From contig NC_043002.1 in NCBI RefSeq assembly GCF_006345805.1, positions 2,294,001 through 2,358,000 of the forward strand: a stretch of DNA of 64,000 nt, written 5' to 3'. The position numbers and the translations under genes were made by a program. Below, in pieces: positions 48,983 to 63,352 of this stretch. The number at the start of each line of letters is the position of its first letter. Position 1 is the first letter of the stretch. The stretch comes from Octopus sinensis (Eukaryota). The notes under the pieces are model-generated. The model made no database searches, was not told the origin of the DNA, and saw nothing but the letters and a program-made list of their open reading frames with translations.

Positions 48983-49068
48983 GCAGTGCTGGTGGTGGTG
49001 GTGGTGGTGATGGTGATAGTAGTGAAGGTGGTAGTGGTGCTGGTAATGAGGAGGAGGTGGAGGATGGT
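48754..49068. repeat. (GAT)n/(GGT)n compound microsatellite
   Basis: Direct inspection. Confidence 0.95.
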
Positions 49069-49199
49069 GTTATTTTATGTATGTCTATGTTTTTGTTTGG
49101 TTGTCTCCAGTGAGTGGGAGGGAGGCGTTATTCCTTGTAAAGTTGTTGTAACAGTGCAGTAGGGTGTTGCAGATGTGTTTGTTCGGGGTGGGTGACAGT

Positions 49200-51030
49200 G
49201 CATGCAATGGCGGCCGGGTTTGCTATTACAGCTCGTTGTAATAACAAACTCTATTCCCTGGAATGTCGATGCGGTCTTTTAAAAGTATTTTTGTTTTGTT
49301 GTTGCAGCTGGTCTCTGAGTAAACTGTAAAGATGCGAAATGTTTGTTTTGTGTTGTTTGTTGTGTGTGTGTGTTTCAGACAAACCATGCAAGTCTCACAC
49401 AATGTATGACGGATCGAATAGATTGTTCCTCGCACCGTTTTCTTGTTCTGTTGTGTTTGTCAAATGTAGGCCGGCCTTTTTTGTACTCCACGAACCTTGT
49501 TTGTGTGCCGTGTCGTTTCCTTTCTTATATATTCATTACTGAGCTACCTTTATGCAGAGGTGTTGTAATTCGTAGCGGTTTGTTTATGCAGTTTCAATAT
49601 GTGTTGTCAATTTTGATTGTCGGTTGTAATTGGTGTTTTCTAGAATTTCTGGTTAAGGCGAAATGTTTTAGATCTGATATCTTCTGCTGTTGTAAATTTG
49701 TTGTTTTGGAGTCGGATTTCAGTGAGGTTGATGGAGGTGGGTGAGAGAAGTCGTGCGGCTGACACTGGATATATAACTATCACATCCTCTATGTATGAGA
49801 TTGAAAGTAGGTTTTACAAAGTGTGGGAAGACGGTACAGGTAGAAGCCAAAAAGAATGAGCAACAGGGGAGACTCTTGTGATACTCGAACGGGAAAGGTG
49901 TCGGTGTATATTTCCAGAGATTTAATATAGACTTGACGAATTGAGAAATGGATTACTAGCCAGACCAGAGACTCTCAGTGTACTGTGGTCATATCTAGTT
50001 TAAAATGTGTGCGTGTATGCATGCTTGTGTGTGTGTGCGTGTAATTTCGTTTTGTGAATCTGTCGTTCAGTTTGGTGTAAAGTTTATGCATAACAGAGGT
50101 GGTTGTAGAAACGGATCCGTATGGAGAAAGAGGAAATGTTTGGTTAATCGATATTCACCTATTTTATTGATTCTGTAGTGTTGGCAGTGTTGGAATTAGA
50201 TATAGGTTGAGGTAATGATTCCTTTAGGTTTTAGGTGAAAGTTTGCGCTTTTGCTTAACCCTGAGACACTGGGAGTTCAGTGGGGGTGAGCGTTATATTC
50301 CCTTGGAGTATTTTCTGATATGTAGCGGAAGGAAGCGGGTCAAGATGGAACGGACGTATTTTGAGTTTTCTGTTAGTCTTTGAGTATTTTAGGAGGTGAT
50401 GGTCGAGAACAGTTTCATTTGGCTGTCTGTTTGTATGTAACCTATTTAAAGTTGTTGTGACGTGTGATGTGGTGGCTTATATGCAGATAACATTGTTGAT
50501 GCTGAGCACTTCTGTGGCAATGATTTACTGCTTATTTTTGCGATAAATCTTGACTTTAGTTTCTTGATACATTTCAATGTGGGCGTTTGTGAATTTGACT
50601 ATGTCCACGGTCCCCAGAAAATACCGTGTGCGAATTGATCCTAGAATTATTATTATGAACGCAGTTTCTGACGCTGCTTGGTTGTTGAACTTTATAACCC
50701 TAAACATTATTGGGAAGCGTTCTTTTTTTCAAGTTTTAAATGTCTTTATATTTCGTTCATAGAATGTCTAAATGTGTTATGATAATAAGGGAGGTGGTCG
50801 CAGAGACTAGTGTTATGTGGCTTTTGATAGCACGATGGAGAAGAATGCGATGTCTGGGACGAATTGCGAAAGCTGGATTTGTGAATAATGAGGCCGTGTT
50901 GATGTGGATTGTTTTGGATGTGAAGGGAGTTGTGTGGAGATGTCATTGACTCACTGCTTGTGCTCTTTATAGAGATTTCTGCCAGGATCTGTGATGTGCA
51001 TCGAATGATCTCCCAACGGCGAGGAAATGT
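49200..51030 (-). mobile_element. Heavily decayed APE-type LINE
   Basis: TSLCDHLP (SDHLP-like end of endonuclease, ~50790-50810); IYTDTFPVRVSQESPLLLILFGFYL (GVPQGSPLS-like RT motif, ~49835-49915); many stops. Confidence 0.45.
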
Positions 51031-52051
51031 TTGAAAGGATAATATTTTGTTATAATAGGAATATACATTACTTGTGGTTCATGTATATTCGATTCGTACA
51101 AACAATGAAAAACCACACCAACGTTTTATTAACGTAAAATGCGTATTTAGTCGAAGCAAAATTCATTTGCTATAACCATATTTGGTTCTTACAAGTTTTC
51201 TAATCTTATTATCATAAACTATTACTACTGAACCCTTTGTACTATATTTGGGAACATAGTATACTAGTGTATACAGTTGTTCATTTTCCTTTCTAATGCT
51301 GAACGTGTGTGGAACTTCTTTTCACTTAATCTCATCTATTCGGCTATAATGCACCTATCAGCCCAATGTGCCTACAACTTCTCCCAAACTTCTACGCAGT
51401 CTCAAACAAAAAGTTTATGAGAATGTCAAATGAGATTAGATCACTGCTTCAGTAGTCAAATTGGGCGATAAATCTAAATGAGGTCGTCAACCCGAACTGA
51501 TAAAAGTACATCTCGTCTCCAGTATTTTTACCCAAACAGAATCAACATGATACTTCTTAGAACAACATGTAACATCATCTTAAGTATTGTAGCTTTTGTA
51601 TGTCTTTAACCGGCAATGATATGTGTATGTATATATGAATTCATCCATATATGGATACATACATACATATATGGTGATTGTTCCATTGTCGCAGCTGATT
51701 GCTATCTTCCTCATTGTCAACGGTGTTTCTGACTTTCCATTTATGACCTCTCAGCTCACTATTCAGTCCCGTTGCACATTTGGATGGTTCGAAGCACAGG
51801 TGGCTACGGGCGCTGTAAGTCACGGTGCGCTTCAGACTGGTGAGGCCCCTGCTCACCTGGCTGCTCTTTTGTTCCCTTAGGGTTTTCAGGAGATCGAGAG
51901 ACAAATAAAGTCGAAATAAAGAGACATCTGTACGTCATTGTATCCTCGTGATGATGATTGTACAACGCGAACACCACTCTGTGGGTCTCCATGGTGAGCA
52001 CCAAGTAACAGGTCGAAGCGAGATGGCCAGTAATCACATGAAACATACATA

Positions 52052-52086
<35 letters not shown>

Positions 52087-52249
52087 GCACACACTCACAC
52101 ACACACACGAGTTATTTCTAAAACCATTTTATGTAGTTGTATGAGGATGAAAACCCAGCAACCTGCAGCTGTTTCAACAGCACAGAAACAAGTGTTGCAA
52201 TTTGTGATTTAAGCCTGTTTATTCCGTCTTCGTGATGTATAAACTTTTG

Positions 52250-52607
52250 TGTGCGTGGCTCTGTGGTAAGAAGTGTGATTTCCAAAGACATGGTACTAGG
52301 TTCAGTCCCACTGCGTAGCACCTTGGGCAAGTGTCCCCTGCTATAGCATCGGACCGACCAAGGCCTTGTGAGTGGATTTGATAGACAGAAATTGTAAGAA
52401 GCCTATCGTATATGTGTGTGTTTGTATGCTTTTGACTGTGTTTGTCCCACCCCATCCCTATTAGCGGTTCGGCAAAAGATAACTGAGAGAATAATAACTA
52501 TGCTTGAAAGCAAGTCCTGGGGTCGACTTGTTCCACTAAAGGCTAAGACCCTTCAAGTCGGTACTTCAGCATGGTTGCAGTCAAATGACTGAACCAAGTA
52601 AAAGAAT
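52250..52607 (+). mobile_element. SINE family A
   Basis: Head, body and tail present. Confidence 0.88.
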
Positions 52608-52617
52608 CTGTACATAC

Positions 52618-52912
52618 ATCACCGTGATCACCGTGACCGACCAGGCTATCAGATGCTGCTACACATCGCTGATCACAATGCGTTTCGCATTGTTTTAGCC
52701 TTCAAATGACGTCAACCCCCTGGCTAAGCAAGCAGGCCAACAGAAGAAAGAATGAGAGAAATTTGTGATGAAAGAGTACAGCAGGGATCGCCACCACCCC
52801 CTGACGGAGGCTCGTGGAGCTTTAGGTGTTTTCGCTCAATAAACACTCACAACGCCCGGTCTGAGAATCGAAACTGCGATCCTACGACCTCGAGTCCGCT
52901 GCACTAACCACA
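52618..52912 (-). mobile_element. tRNA-derived SINE, family D
   Basis: Minus strand gtggttagtgcagcggactcgaggtcgtaggatcgcagtttcgattc (A/B-box-like), then ttgagcgaaaacacctaaagctccacgag. Confidence 0.75.
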
Positions 52913-52913
52913 A

Positions 52914-53075
52914 TATACATACATACACACACACACACACATACATACGTACATACACACACACACACACACACACATACATACATACATACATACATAC
53001 ATACATACATACATACATACATACATACATACATACATACATACTACATACATACATACATACATACATACATAC
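52914..53075. repeat. (CATA)n/(CA)n microsatellite
   Basis: Direct inspection. Confidence 0.95.
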
Positions 53076-53776
53076 CGTAGGCTGCGTTACATGATAGAAG
53101 CAGATGAAACGTTATTGGTAAGAGTTACAGGAATTCTGACTAAACTATTAAATCTATACTTTACAGAAACAAAGTTTTGATTACATTAAATTCCTGCCTT
53201 CAAATCAATGCAAAGAACATTCAACCAAACCGAATTTGATTCTGTGAGAAAATGCAATAATTTTATTCTAAAATATTGTCCAACTCACAAATATTCGATA
53301 CATGGAGTTTTCGTCTCTCACATCTTTACGATAATCGGATCAGAGTTAAGTGAAACTTCCGATGAAAAACAGATTAAAGCGAAAATCTACAAATTTGGAT
53401 TATTTTTGCGTCTACGCTTCAAAAAAGGCAATTTGAGAGAAATTGATAAGCATATATGCTTCAAATCAATCAATAAAATTATATTTCTGCTTACTTAACT
53501 AATTGTAATGTAAATAATTCTCTTCAAAAAAATATTGATATTTCCATGAGAAATGACCTACAATATTTGATAAAACCGATGTAAATTGAACAGTTTTCAA
53601 TGGCTGAATCGAGAAAATCGTTTTCAATGCATAACTTTCCAAGTGCTGATACGTAATGTAAACAGGAATCGTGAAAATTTGACTTCATCAGTTCGTATGT
53701 TTCTGTTCAAAAAAACTATCGAATGTCCTGGAACACAATTCTTTTTCTCTTTTGTGATTTTTCTCATTGTTTAAGG

Positions 53777-54028
53777 CAGCAGTACTGGACCCTATTTTGT
53801 CTGTCGAGCCCTTTCGTTCCCATTTTACTCTACTGGACCCTCACAGCCATTCGGTGTTTAAAAAATTGTATTTTTAGAATCAAATATTACTAGGAAATAG
53901 TTAAAAAAAACAGTCGAAATATTTTGTGAGTTACGTAGAATTATAACCAATTTATTGCGCATCAATTTAAACAACAGAATATTTTATGGACCCCCGAGGG
54001 TCTTATGGATCCTGGTTGCGAACCACAG
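53777..54028. mobile_element. hAT-type MITE with 8-bp TSD
   Basis: Flanks gtttaagg (53769-53776) and gtctaagg (54029-54036); right end ctggttgcgaaccacag resembles the GGTTGAGAACCACTG terminus; left TIR degraded. Confidence 0.55.
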
Positions 54029-54714
54029 GTCTAAGGAATAAAGACATTCTGAAATGAAGAATGTAAAATCTTATGATTAAAGAATTTTTGTGCAGCAGAG
54101 ATCAAAATTTAGATTTTAATGTATTGTAAAAATGCATAGATTGTACGAAATTTCAACTGGCATTGATCTCTGAATAATGGACCGGATTTATAATTTGATT
54201 CTGCGATTCTAGTCGGAAATCATGATAGAAATGTTGGGAAGGATAGAAAGTAATTTAAATAATATAAACGAGACGGTATCAATCAAGAACGGCAGCGAAG
54301 ATAATGCAGGAGAGAAATCCGAATGATTATTCGAATTGTTGACTGAAAAACGGTTAATTGTTTAGTTGGGTCCAAATAAAAAATTTTTGGAAAACATTGC
54401 GAATTACAATGGGAAGTGGATTTTAAAGAAATATCATACAACATTTTTAGGAATCATATCTGCAAGTTACTCTCTAAAAGTTCAATGAGCAGACTTCGAG
54501 GAAGCATTCTTCAGTTTCTGATCGATGAACTTATACGAGTTGAAGAGAATTTAGACGAATCAGTGGTTTGCATAATGTTGAGAAAGATTAACTGAAAGTT
54601 TCGATCAAGCTTTACTATTTATTCCTTATTCCTACTTTCATTGTTTCTAGAATTAATTTACGCCGATGTTTCATAGTATTTACTACGAAAAGTAATATTG
54701 CCATCATTAAATTG

Positions 54715-54881
54715 GCTATTGCCGAACAAAGTGTTTAGCGGCATTTCGTCCGTCTTTATATTTTGAGCTCAAATTCCACCGAGATCGACTTTGCCTTTCA
54801 TCCTTTCGGGGTCGATGAAATAAGTACCAGTTGAGTACTGTGATCGATGTAATCGACTTGCTCCTCCCCAAAATTTGAAAT
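54715..54881 (+). mobile_element. SINE family B, 5'-truncated
   Basis: Core tcgactttgcctttcatcctttcggggtcgatgaaataagtaccag. Confidence 0.88.
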
Positions 54882-54985
54882 CATCATCATCATCATCATC
54901 GTCATCGTCGTCGTCGTTGCTGTTGTTGTTGTTGTGTTGTTGTTGTTGTTATTGTTGTTGTTGTTGTTGTTGTTGCTGTTGTTGC

Positions 54986-55022
<37 letters not shown>

Positions 55023-55033
55023 GCTGTTGTTAT
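54882..55033. repeat. (CAT)n/(TTG)n microsatellite, including the LINE (AAC)n tail
   Basis: Direct inspection. Confidence 0.9.
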
Positions 55034-55034
55034 T

Positions 55035-56875
55035 CACATACTCTCAACAGATTAGAATGTTGGAAAAGAAAACATCCTGACATCGATCTACAAATAACCT
55101 TAGACGCCAAGAACCCTCTTAAGTACCCTAGCTGTCCCTAATAACGGCGTTTTCTGAAGCTGTGCTAAACTGGGTTTTATGCCTATTTCCCCCTTTTCCA
55201 TCTGTTTAGATCTTTAAGGATAGTTCCCAAATGTACCTGTAACTACTGGGATACATTCTACCCGCACTTTCCATAGTCTCTGTAATTCAATGGCTACATC
55301 CTGGTTCTTCGCTATTTTTTCTGCTTCTCATATTGATTTTTTTCACCATTTGGGACTGTAAAGTCGATTATCCGGCATTTCCTATTCTCTTTATCTACTA
55401 CTACTAAATCAGGCCTTCTAGCTTCTATTACTCTGTCAGTCTGAATGTTGAAGTCCCACAACAATTTATACTTCTCACTTTCAAGTACTTTACTAGGTTC
55501 ACGTTCATACCATTTATCATTATGGCCAATTACTGATTAATGCTATGCACTCCACATAACTCTACATAACTCCCAGTGGATTGCTCTCCCTAGGTTGCAT
55601 TTGTCTTTCATTGTATTCTTCCTGTGCCAATATTCTACATTCACTTACTATATGAGTAACACTTTCCTCTTTTGATGTGCACAACCTACATTTGGGAATC
55701 TACTTGGTTTTTGTCTATTTTGGCTTTCATCTAATTATTCCTTAATGATTGATCTTGTGCTGCTGCTAACAAACTTTCTGTCTATCTTTGGGAATTCTCT
55801 ATGCAAAACATTCTTCTGTCAGTCAGATAACTTTCGATCTTTTTACTGATTTTTAACTTCGCTTGGTTTCGTTTTCTTTTTTTTTTTTTTGGTTTCCCTA
55901 TGTCTTTCTGTGACTCTAGCAGCCTTTAATAAACTTTCTTCACTATTATCTACATAGGAGTCTATATCTACTCTAGCTAACTCCATCCAGTCTTCCACTG
56001 ATATTCACCCTCTTCCATCTTCCTTTCCAAGTAAGTATAATCTTGCTACTCCTGTCCTTGGTTGGAGTCCTCCATTCATATGGAATTCATTCCTAGTTAT
56101 TCTCTCTAGCTTTCCTAATTCAGTTTTTCTCCAATCTACAAAAGCTGCTGAGTACCGAAGTAATGATGCTGTCCAAGTATTTACAGCCTTCACAAGATTC
56201 GAACCATTTAGCTTTGACTTCGTTAGCTTCCTCACCTTCTGATGTACTCCTTCTCAATTTTTGTTTTCATTTCTATAGTTAGTACTTATACTCCAAGATA
56301 CTTACAACACTCTCCTTCTTTTAATGATTTTAATGTCTGGTCATCTGGTAATTGGCTGCCCTCGCTGTTGGCTACCTCTCCCCTTCTCATGACTAATATC
56401 ACACTCTTATCTCTGCCAAATTCCATGCCTATATCTTTGCTGAAGAATCTTTCAGTCTGTATTAAGGAATCTGTCTCTTTTCCATTATCACTAAAAAGCT
56501 TCAGATCATCCATGTGGAGCAAATAGTTAATTTTTTCCCCTTACTATTTCTGAACCAACACCCTGCCTTTGCCGTCCTTAATACTAAACTGAGGGAGTCA
56601 AACATAGAACAAATATTAAAGGATAACGATTCTCCTTGGAAAATTCCTCTTTTGATATTAACCTTCCCTAAAAGTGTCTCACCTGAGTATAGATCTACAT
56701 TCCATTTCTTCATGCTAAAGCTAATTAATTCTCTTATGTTGTCTGCTATACTGAATATACTCAAACATTCACTTAAACATCAGTGTGGGATCATGTCATA
56801 GGCTTTCCTATATTCTATCCACGCTGTTGTTAGATTTTTCTTTCTGTTTATTTTTTACTTCACTTAGAACTTCTT
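55035..56875 (-). mobile_element. R4/Dong-type non-LTR retrotransposon, decayed RT + REL endonuclease
   Basis: AWIEYRKAYDMIPH, GIFQGESLS, LLHMDDLKL, KYLG, SKLNGSNLVKAVNTW, and LLWDFNIQTDRVIEARRPDLVVVDK. Confidence 0.9.
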
Positions 56876-57233
56876 TGTTTTGTTATGGAGTTTTGGTTTG
56901 AATTTTTTTTTGTATTACCTTCTGTATTGTGTGTTATTTGTGCAATGCAGGTGTTGTGCTCTTCTTTTGGAAATCGGACTTCTACGGCACGTGCTGCTGT
57001 GGCTTTGTTAATTTTATTCGCTACTTACTGTATGAGTTTATTCCTGTATGTCTTTGGAGGAGTGCTACATAGTAGTGTGTGTGCGTAAATCATAACTCGA
57101 CCATTTCATAGAATTCCCGGTTGTCTGTCCATAGATCTTTTTCTTTTTCTTTTTCTTTTTCTTTTTTTTTTTGTTTGCTTGGCTTTGTTATAGGTCAGTC
57201 TGTACTGCGTTTACCTTTTCACAGATCACCGCT

Positions 57234-57985
<752 letters not shown>

Positions 57986-58285
57986 ATATATATATAAAAA
58001 AAAAAAATATATATATATATTATTATATATATATATATATATAATATATATATATATAATATATATATATATATATTATATATATATTATATATATATAT
58101 ATATATATACTCCATATAAGAAAAATCTTTCTGTTTGCCAAGATGACTTACATTAAAACACAGCTTTCCTTCATTGTTTTTGCGGATTATTAATTCCTAC
58201 TTCGTGATGGTTTCAGATTTGAACTTTCTTCCCGACAACTCGCTGTCACACGTCCATGCTGTTTGCTATTCGTGCGATCTGTTCT

Positions 58286-58350
<65 letters not shown>

Positions 58351-58358
58351 CATCATCA
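58286..58358. repeat. (CAT)n microsatellite
   Basis: Direct inspection. Confidence 0.95.
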
Positions 58359-59124
58359 ATTTGTACCCCTTAATCAATTCGATCTTTCTACAACTCTGTT
58401 ACATCCAACAGTTTCTCCTAACCAGTCTTCGTTGAACCGTAACATAACATCATCTTTATTTATCAAGGGTACAACATTTTCCTCCTTTGTTCCCCAAAAT
58501 ATCTTTATTCCAGTCCCTATAACAAATGATCTGTGCTGTGTTATAAACTTTTCAGCCTACCGCATCTTCCCTCCAAATTCAAAAACCCGAGATTCTTTCA
58601 AGCTTTCTTGAAATACGATGTAACATCATCCAGTTTTATTCCACCACGCTATAATCATCGTGTTATTACATCTATGATTTCTCCCTTGCTAATACAGTCG
58701 TCCCGCCTAACCCCTAACACCTTACAATATCAAGTGCTCCCTTACGCTCATAACACAAGTCACTATTCACATTTCCAATGTGTAATCGCATAACAGCCGA
58801 AAACTTCTGCTGGTTTTACCGTTAGGTTATTCAAATTTCATTTACATCTTATTTTTCGCATTTCTCTACTAAAGTGATGCTGAGGATAAATGTAAACCTA
58901 ATGCTTACATCTGAATTAATTTCATGTGAGTGAACAAGATATCACGGTCGAATGTCTCAATCACAAGAATATAATTTCTTCCAGAATATTCTATGTTATT
59001 TTTCCTAATTATCTCGTCAAGTTTCATACATGTGACAAACAAATGTTTTCCGAGAAAGTAACGACCCATTCATCCGAGAACCGGATCTAGAAAATTTTGC
59101 GATATTCTTCAGGAAATATTAAGT

Positions 59125-59700
59125 CAGGTTGTTCTTGAGTGTTACTGGTAACATGTAACCCAGTTCAACCTGTCGCGTGGTCAGGTCGTCGGCGACTAAA
59201 CTGGCAACCCCCACCGAGCTTGCTTGATGAGGAGGGTGGTTGTTGGACACCCTTCGGCACGAAAAATAAGACCCGTCAAAGGGCGGAAGAACTACTGTGT
59301 AGTCAACGACCAATTCAATAAGTACCTTGTCGCGGTGAAGTACCTGTGTGCTCCATTGACCCGGAGAGCTATGCTGGAGGGAGAGAAATCTTCTGGCAGG
59401 TCTTACCAAGCCAGACACGTCGAAGGGTAGGAGACAGACAAAACCGTACCGACAATAAATCGAAGCGTCGGCAGCAGAGCGTGGATTTAGTTATCGGCAG
59501 GACCTAACAGATCAGATTCCTGGCTTTGAACTAGCAGGATATCATGTAGAGGATCTTGAATACAAGAGAATAGATGAGACCCTAATATTTCTAGTTAGAT
59601 GGAAATTGCGGGACCACATGGAACAGCGCTCTGTGACGCCTATAGTATGCGCAACCGAAACCCCTAAAAGCGGCGTCCTATGGGACGACGTAGATGAGAG
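59125..59700 (+). mobile_element. RTE-clade LINE 5' UTR-like fragment
   Basis: GC-rich; ccggagagctatgctgg..ctggcaggtcttaccaagccagacacgtcgaagggtagg.gacagacaaa resembles the 5' UTR motif I recall from RTE/Expander elements. Confidence 0.55.
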
Positions 59701-60069
59701 ATGAATATTTCCAAACTTAAGAAATTTCCATAAAAGTTGAGCCAAAACTGCTAAACTTGATTCAATGAAGAAACATACTTTTTAGTTTAGATAATGAAGT
59801 TTTTGCATTCGTCCGAATTAGAATATCCTTTTTATTTGACCATCATATTTCTGAATGTCACCGGTTAAAATTGCTTCCACATTTTACATCCAAAATATTT
59901 CTCAGGAATTTTAGTTTTTTTCGACTATCCATTTCCACATAACGGATACTGATCGCTGAAAACGTTATATTACGCACGCACGCAGGCACACACACACACA
60001 CACACACACAACACACACACACACACCACACACACACACACAAGCACACACACATACTAAAAAAAAGGG

Positions 60070-60480
60070 GTCACATGGCCAATTGTACGAGAGCAATGTC
60101 AAAATATAACAGTCATTTTCGGCACATATTCTGTAGAGTATACACTGCACACACAAGATTTTAATTAACGTCTTGTATTTGTAACACAGATATTTACATT
60201 TGAAAGACAAGTCAGCTTTCTTTCATTCGTTCCTTGTACTTTTGGCACAGTTTTCACACAATAAACTATTTTCCCAGTAAGTTTGGCTCCTTCTTGGGTT
60301 TCCTTTTCTCTCTGTTGTCAGAATCCTTCGTCTGGTTTCATTAATCTGCAGCCTCTGCTCCTGGGTGTAACCGAACGAACAGCACACAACGAAGTAATGA
60401 CACCATTTTAGATGATGTTACAGATCATCTTTTATTTGACCAAATCCTTGAAACTTGCCTCAACACTAATCAGCTTTCGA
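60070..60480 (-). mobile_element. Possible piggyBac transposase C-terminal remnant
   Basis: LTGK..P then (frameshifted) CKYLCYKYKTLIKILCVQCILYRICAENDCY, resembling the piggyBac cysteine-rich domain. Confidence 0.4.
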
Positions 60481-60654
60481 ATAATTATTACAATTCGCTG
60501 GGTCGTTGATATACACTCGGGAAAGCGGAGTGAAGCCTTTCTTTGGAAACTGCGACTTCACAATCAATAAGACTTTGTGTACGTGTGTGTGTGTGTGGAG
60601 ATGTCTGTGTGTGTGTGCACATGTGTGTATTTGTGTGTGTGTATTTATGTGTAT

Positions 60655-60985
60655 GAAGGTGCGTAGCTTAGTGGTTAGCGTATTCGGCTCCCGATCGTAA
60701 AGCGATGAGTTCGATACCCAGCGATGCGTTGTGTGCTTGATCAAGGCACTTTATTTCATGTCACTCCAGTGCACTCGATTTGCAAAAATGAGTTGTACCT
60801 GTAAATAATTACAGGTTTGGGGGGTTTGGGGGGAGCAGCCTTGTCACATTCTGTGTCACGCTGAGTCTCCTTGAGAACTACATGTCTGTGAAGCGATCAG
60901 CTTCTAGAATGGAAATTTTGTGAGTAGGCTGTTCCGGTTGGTTCGATCAACCGGGGCATTGGTCGTCACAATAGACGGAGAGCAA
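60655..60985 (+). mobile_element. tRNA-derived SINE, family C (CORE-like domain)
   Basis: gaaggtgcgtagcttagtggttagcgt..gagttcgatacc..ttgatcaaggcactttatttca; homologous to the 5' part of 62280-62612. Confidence 0.8.
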
Positions 60986-60986
60986 G

Positions 60987-60987
<1 letters not shown>

Positions 60988-61049
<62 letters not shown>

Positions 61050-61123
61050 GTGTAGATAGATAGATAGAGAGAGAGAGAGAAAGGGAGAGAGATAGAGATA
61101 GATAGATAGATAGATAGATAGAT

Positions 61124-61170
<47 letters not shown>

Positions 61171-61180
61171 GGATAGATGA
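60988..61180. repeat. (TA)n/(GA)n/(GATA)n compound microsatellite
   Basis: Direct inspection. Confidence 0.95.
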
Positions 61181-61273
61181 ATATGTATGAATCAAAGCAG
61201 TTTAATTTAAATTCGCTAATACTCTCGAGTTTCAAGCTAGTCTTCAGCCATTTTGGATTTGTCCACTCGTACT

Positions 61274-61333
<60 letters not shown>

Positions 61334-62279
61334 TGAGTGTATGTGTGTGTGTATATGTACGCATGTATGTCTGTAAAACGTACCACGAAATCTGTTTACG
61401 TGTCCTTCAACAATGGACTTCCCGTCGCCATGGTAAATGATTGAGTAGGTTTCTTGAGCAACTGTTTGTACGCATTGGTCTCCGGTGCGTATTAAGCTAA
61501 AGAGGAAGATAATGACAATACTTCGTTCATGTCTAGAAGAGGAATTAAAACGATATTTAAATTACTTCCACCAAACATCTACATAAATTTACGCTAAAAT
61601 TTTCAATAATAGTTTTTAAAAGATTGTATGGAATTCTTAGACAAATTCTAAGATTTCTTCTCAGAATTCTCATATAAAAATGCTTTTATACTGAAATATA
61701 AATATCGATGAATATTCATACCAATATCGCTGTTGTGATTGAAGACTACTTGATTAAGTCGACAGCAGAAAAAAAAATGATCACCCTTTAGAAATCCTTA
61801 ATTGAAATTGTTAGCAGAACATTAGTTGAGAACATCAATATCTTTCTTATATTAGCGACGGTTTATATTCAAAGACGATGTCAATGAGAGCGAATAACAA
61901 TGAGGGAGGATATTGGCGACCGAACACACAAAGAATGCGTTTGGGTCTTTACAAAAACCGCCTCATTCTGTGTTACTCTAATGAAACGACAACAATGTTA
62001 TTTATTTGAATATCTATTAATTGGAGTAAAATTGGTTGCTCCATAATTCATTTCTCTTCTACTGTTTTTTTTTTTAATCGAGAAATCGAGCTTTATTAAA
62101 GACGTATCTTGAGGACTGATGTGGCATCAGCTACGTAACGCGAAACATACTCGAACAATGTGTACAAATATCATTCACACACCGATTGATATGGTCACAG
62201 AACTACTATTGTTTTTTTTCTTTTTCATTTTTGGTTTGTTTTTTGGGGGTTTTTTTACTATTTTTTTAGTCCGAATATG

Positions 62280-62612
62280 CGAAGGCGCATGGATCAGTGG
62301 TTAGAGCGTCGAGCTTACGATCGTGAGGTTGTGAGCTCGAATCCCGGACCGGGCTGTGTGTTGTGTTCTTGAGCAAGACACTTTATTTCACGTTGCTCCA
62401 GTTTCACTCAGCTGTAGAAATGAGTTGCGACGTCACGGGTGCCAAGCTGTATCGGCCCCTTTGCCTTTCCCTTGGATAACACTGGGGGCGTAAAGAGGGT
62501 ATGCATGGTCGACTGCTGCTCTTCCATAAACCACCTTGCCCAGACTTGTGACTAGGAGGGTAACTTTCTAGGTGCAATCCTATGGTCAGTGTCGTGACCG
62601 AAGGGGGTCCCG
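62280..62612 (+). mobile_element. tRNA-derived SINE, family C, with 12-bp TSD
   Basis: A/B-box-like head; TSD agtccgaatatg at 62268-62279 and 62613-62624. Confidence 0.9.
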
Positions 62613-62631
62613 AGTCCGAATATGTTACCTG

Positions 62632-62815
62632 TAAGGCATGAAGTTGGTAGAATCGTTGGTACACCGAACAAAATGATTACCGGCATTTTGTCCATTTTTA
62701 TGCTCTGAATTAAAAATTTCGCCGAGTTCGACCTTGCCTTTCATCTTATTGGGATCGATAAAAATAAGTACCGGCTTTCCATAAATTGCTAGCCGTGTGC
62801 CAAAATTCGAAACCA
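62632..62815 (+). mobile_element. SINE family B, diverged
   Basis: aaggcatgaagttggtagaatcgtt..gccgagttcgaccttgcctttcatc. Confidence 0.8.
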
Positions 62816-63099
62816 GCATATGTTACAAGTCATTTAATAGGAACTTTATAAAATCTATCAAAGCGAGGATTTGTAAACAACATCCTAATACAAGAAACAT
62901 TGTATTAGTTATGACATTGTACTGTTAAATGACTTTCGCTAAGCAATAAAACGTCTACATTTATTGCAGCAGACGCACAACATTGTAAATATCGTTAATG
63001 TGTTGTTTTTACATATAAGCAACGTAATAAATCATGTTAAAGCAATATTGTAATGGAATTCTCAGCAGAAGTTCTATGCTTGTTCAAGAAATAAAATTA

Positions 63100-63165
<66 letters not shown>

Positions 63166-63191
63166 AAAATGAAACTTTTATATTATATTAC

Positions 63192-63352
63192 ACATGTGGC
63201 TGTTTGGGTGAGAATCATGCTTCCCAACCATGTGGTCATGGGTTCAATCTTACAGCGCAGCACCTTAGGTTAGCGCCTTCTACCATAGCCCTGGTACGCC
63301 CAGAGCTTTGTGAGTGGATGTGGTAGAAGGAAACTGAAAGACGCCCGTCGCA
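63192..63352 (+). mobile_element. SINE family A, 5' part, diverged
   Basis: gtggctgtttggg..gggttcaatc..gcacctt..ttgtgagtggat.tggtaga.ggaaactgaaagacgcccgtcg. Confidence 0.8.

Noticed and set aside
48812-49162. Poly-Met ORF; also poly-E/K (8020), poly-N (54798) and poly-H (58174) ORFs
   Set aside because: Trinucleotide microsatellite read-throughs.
58360-58790. Possible decayed RTE linker on the minus strand
   Set aside because: Only vague resemblance; insufficient motif support.
62281-62352. tRNA-like heads here and at 60655, 52840-52912 and in SINE families A and B
   Set aside because: They continue into SINE bodies, with TSDs in some cases, and show no complete cloverleaf; not tRNA genes.
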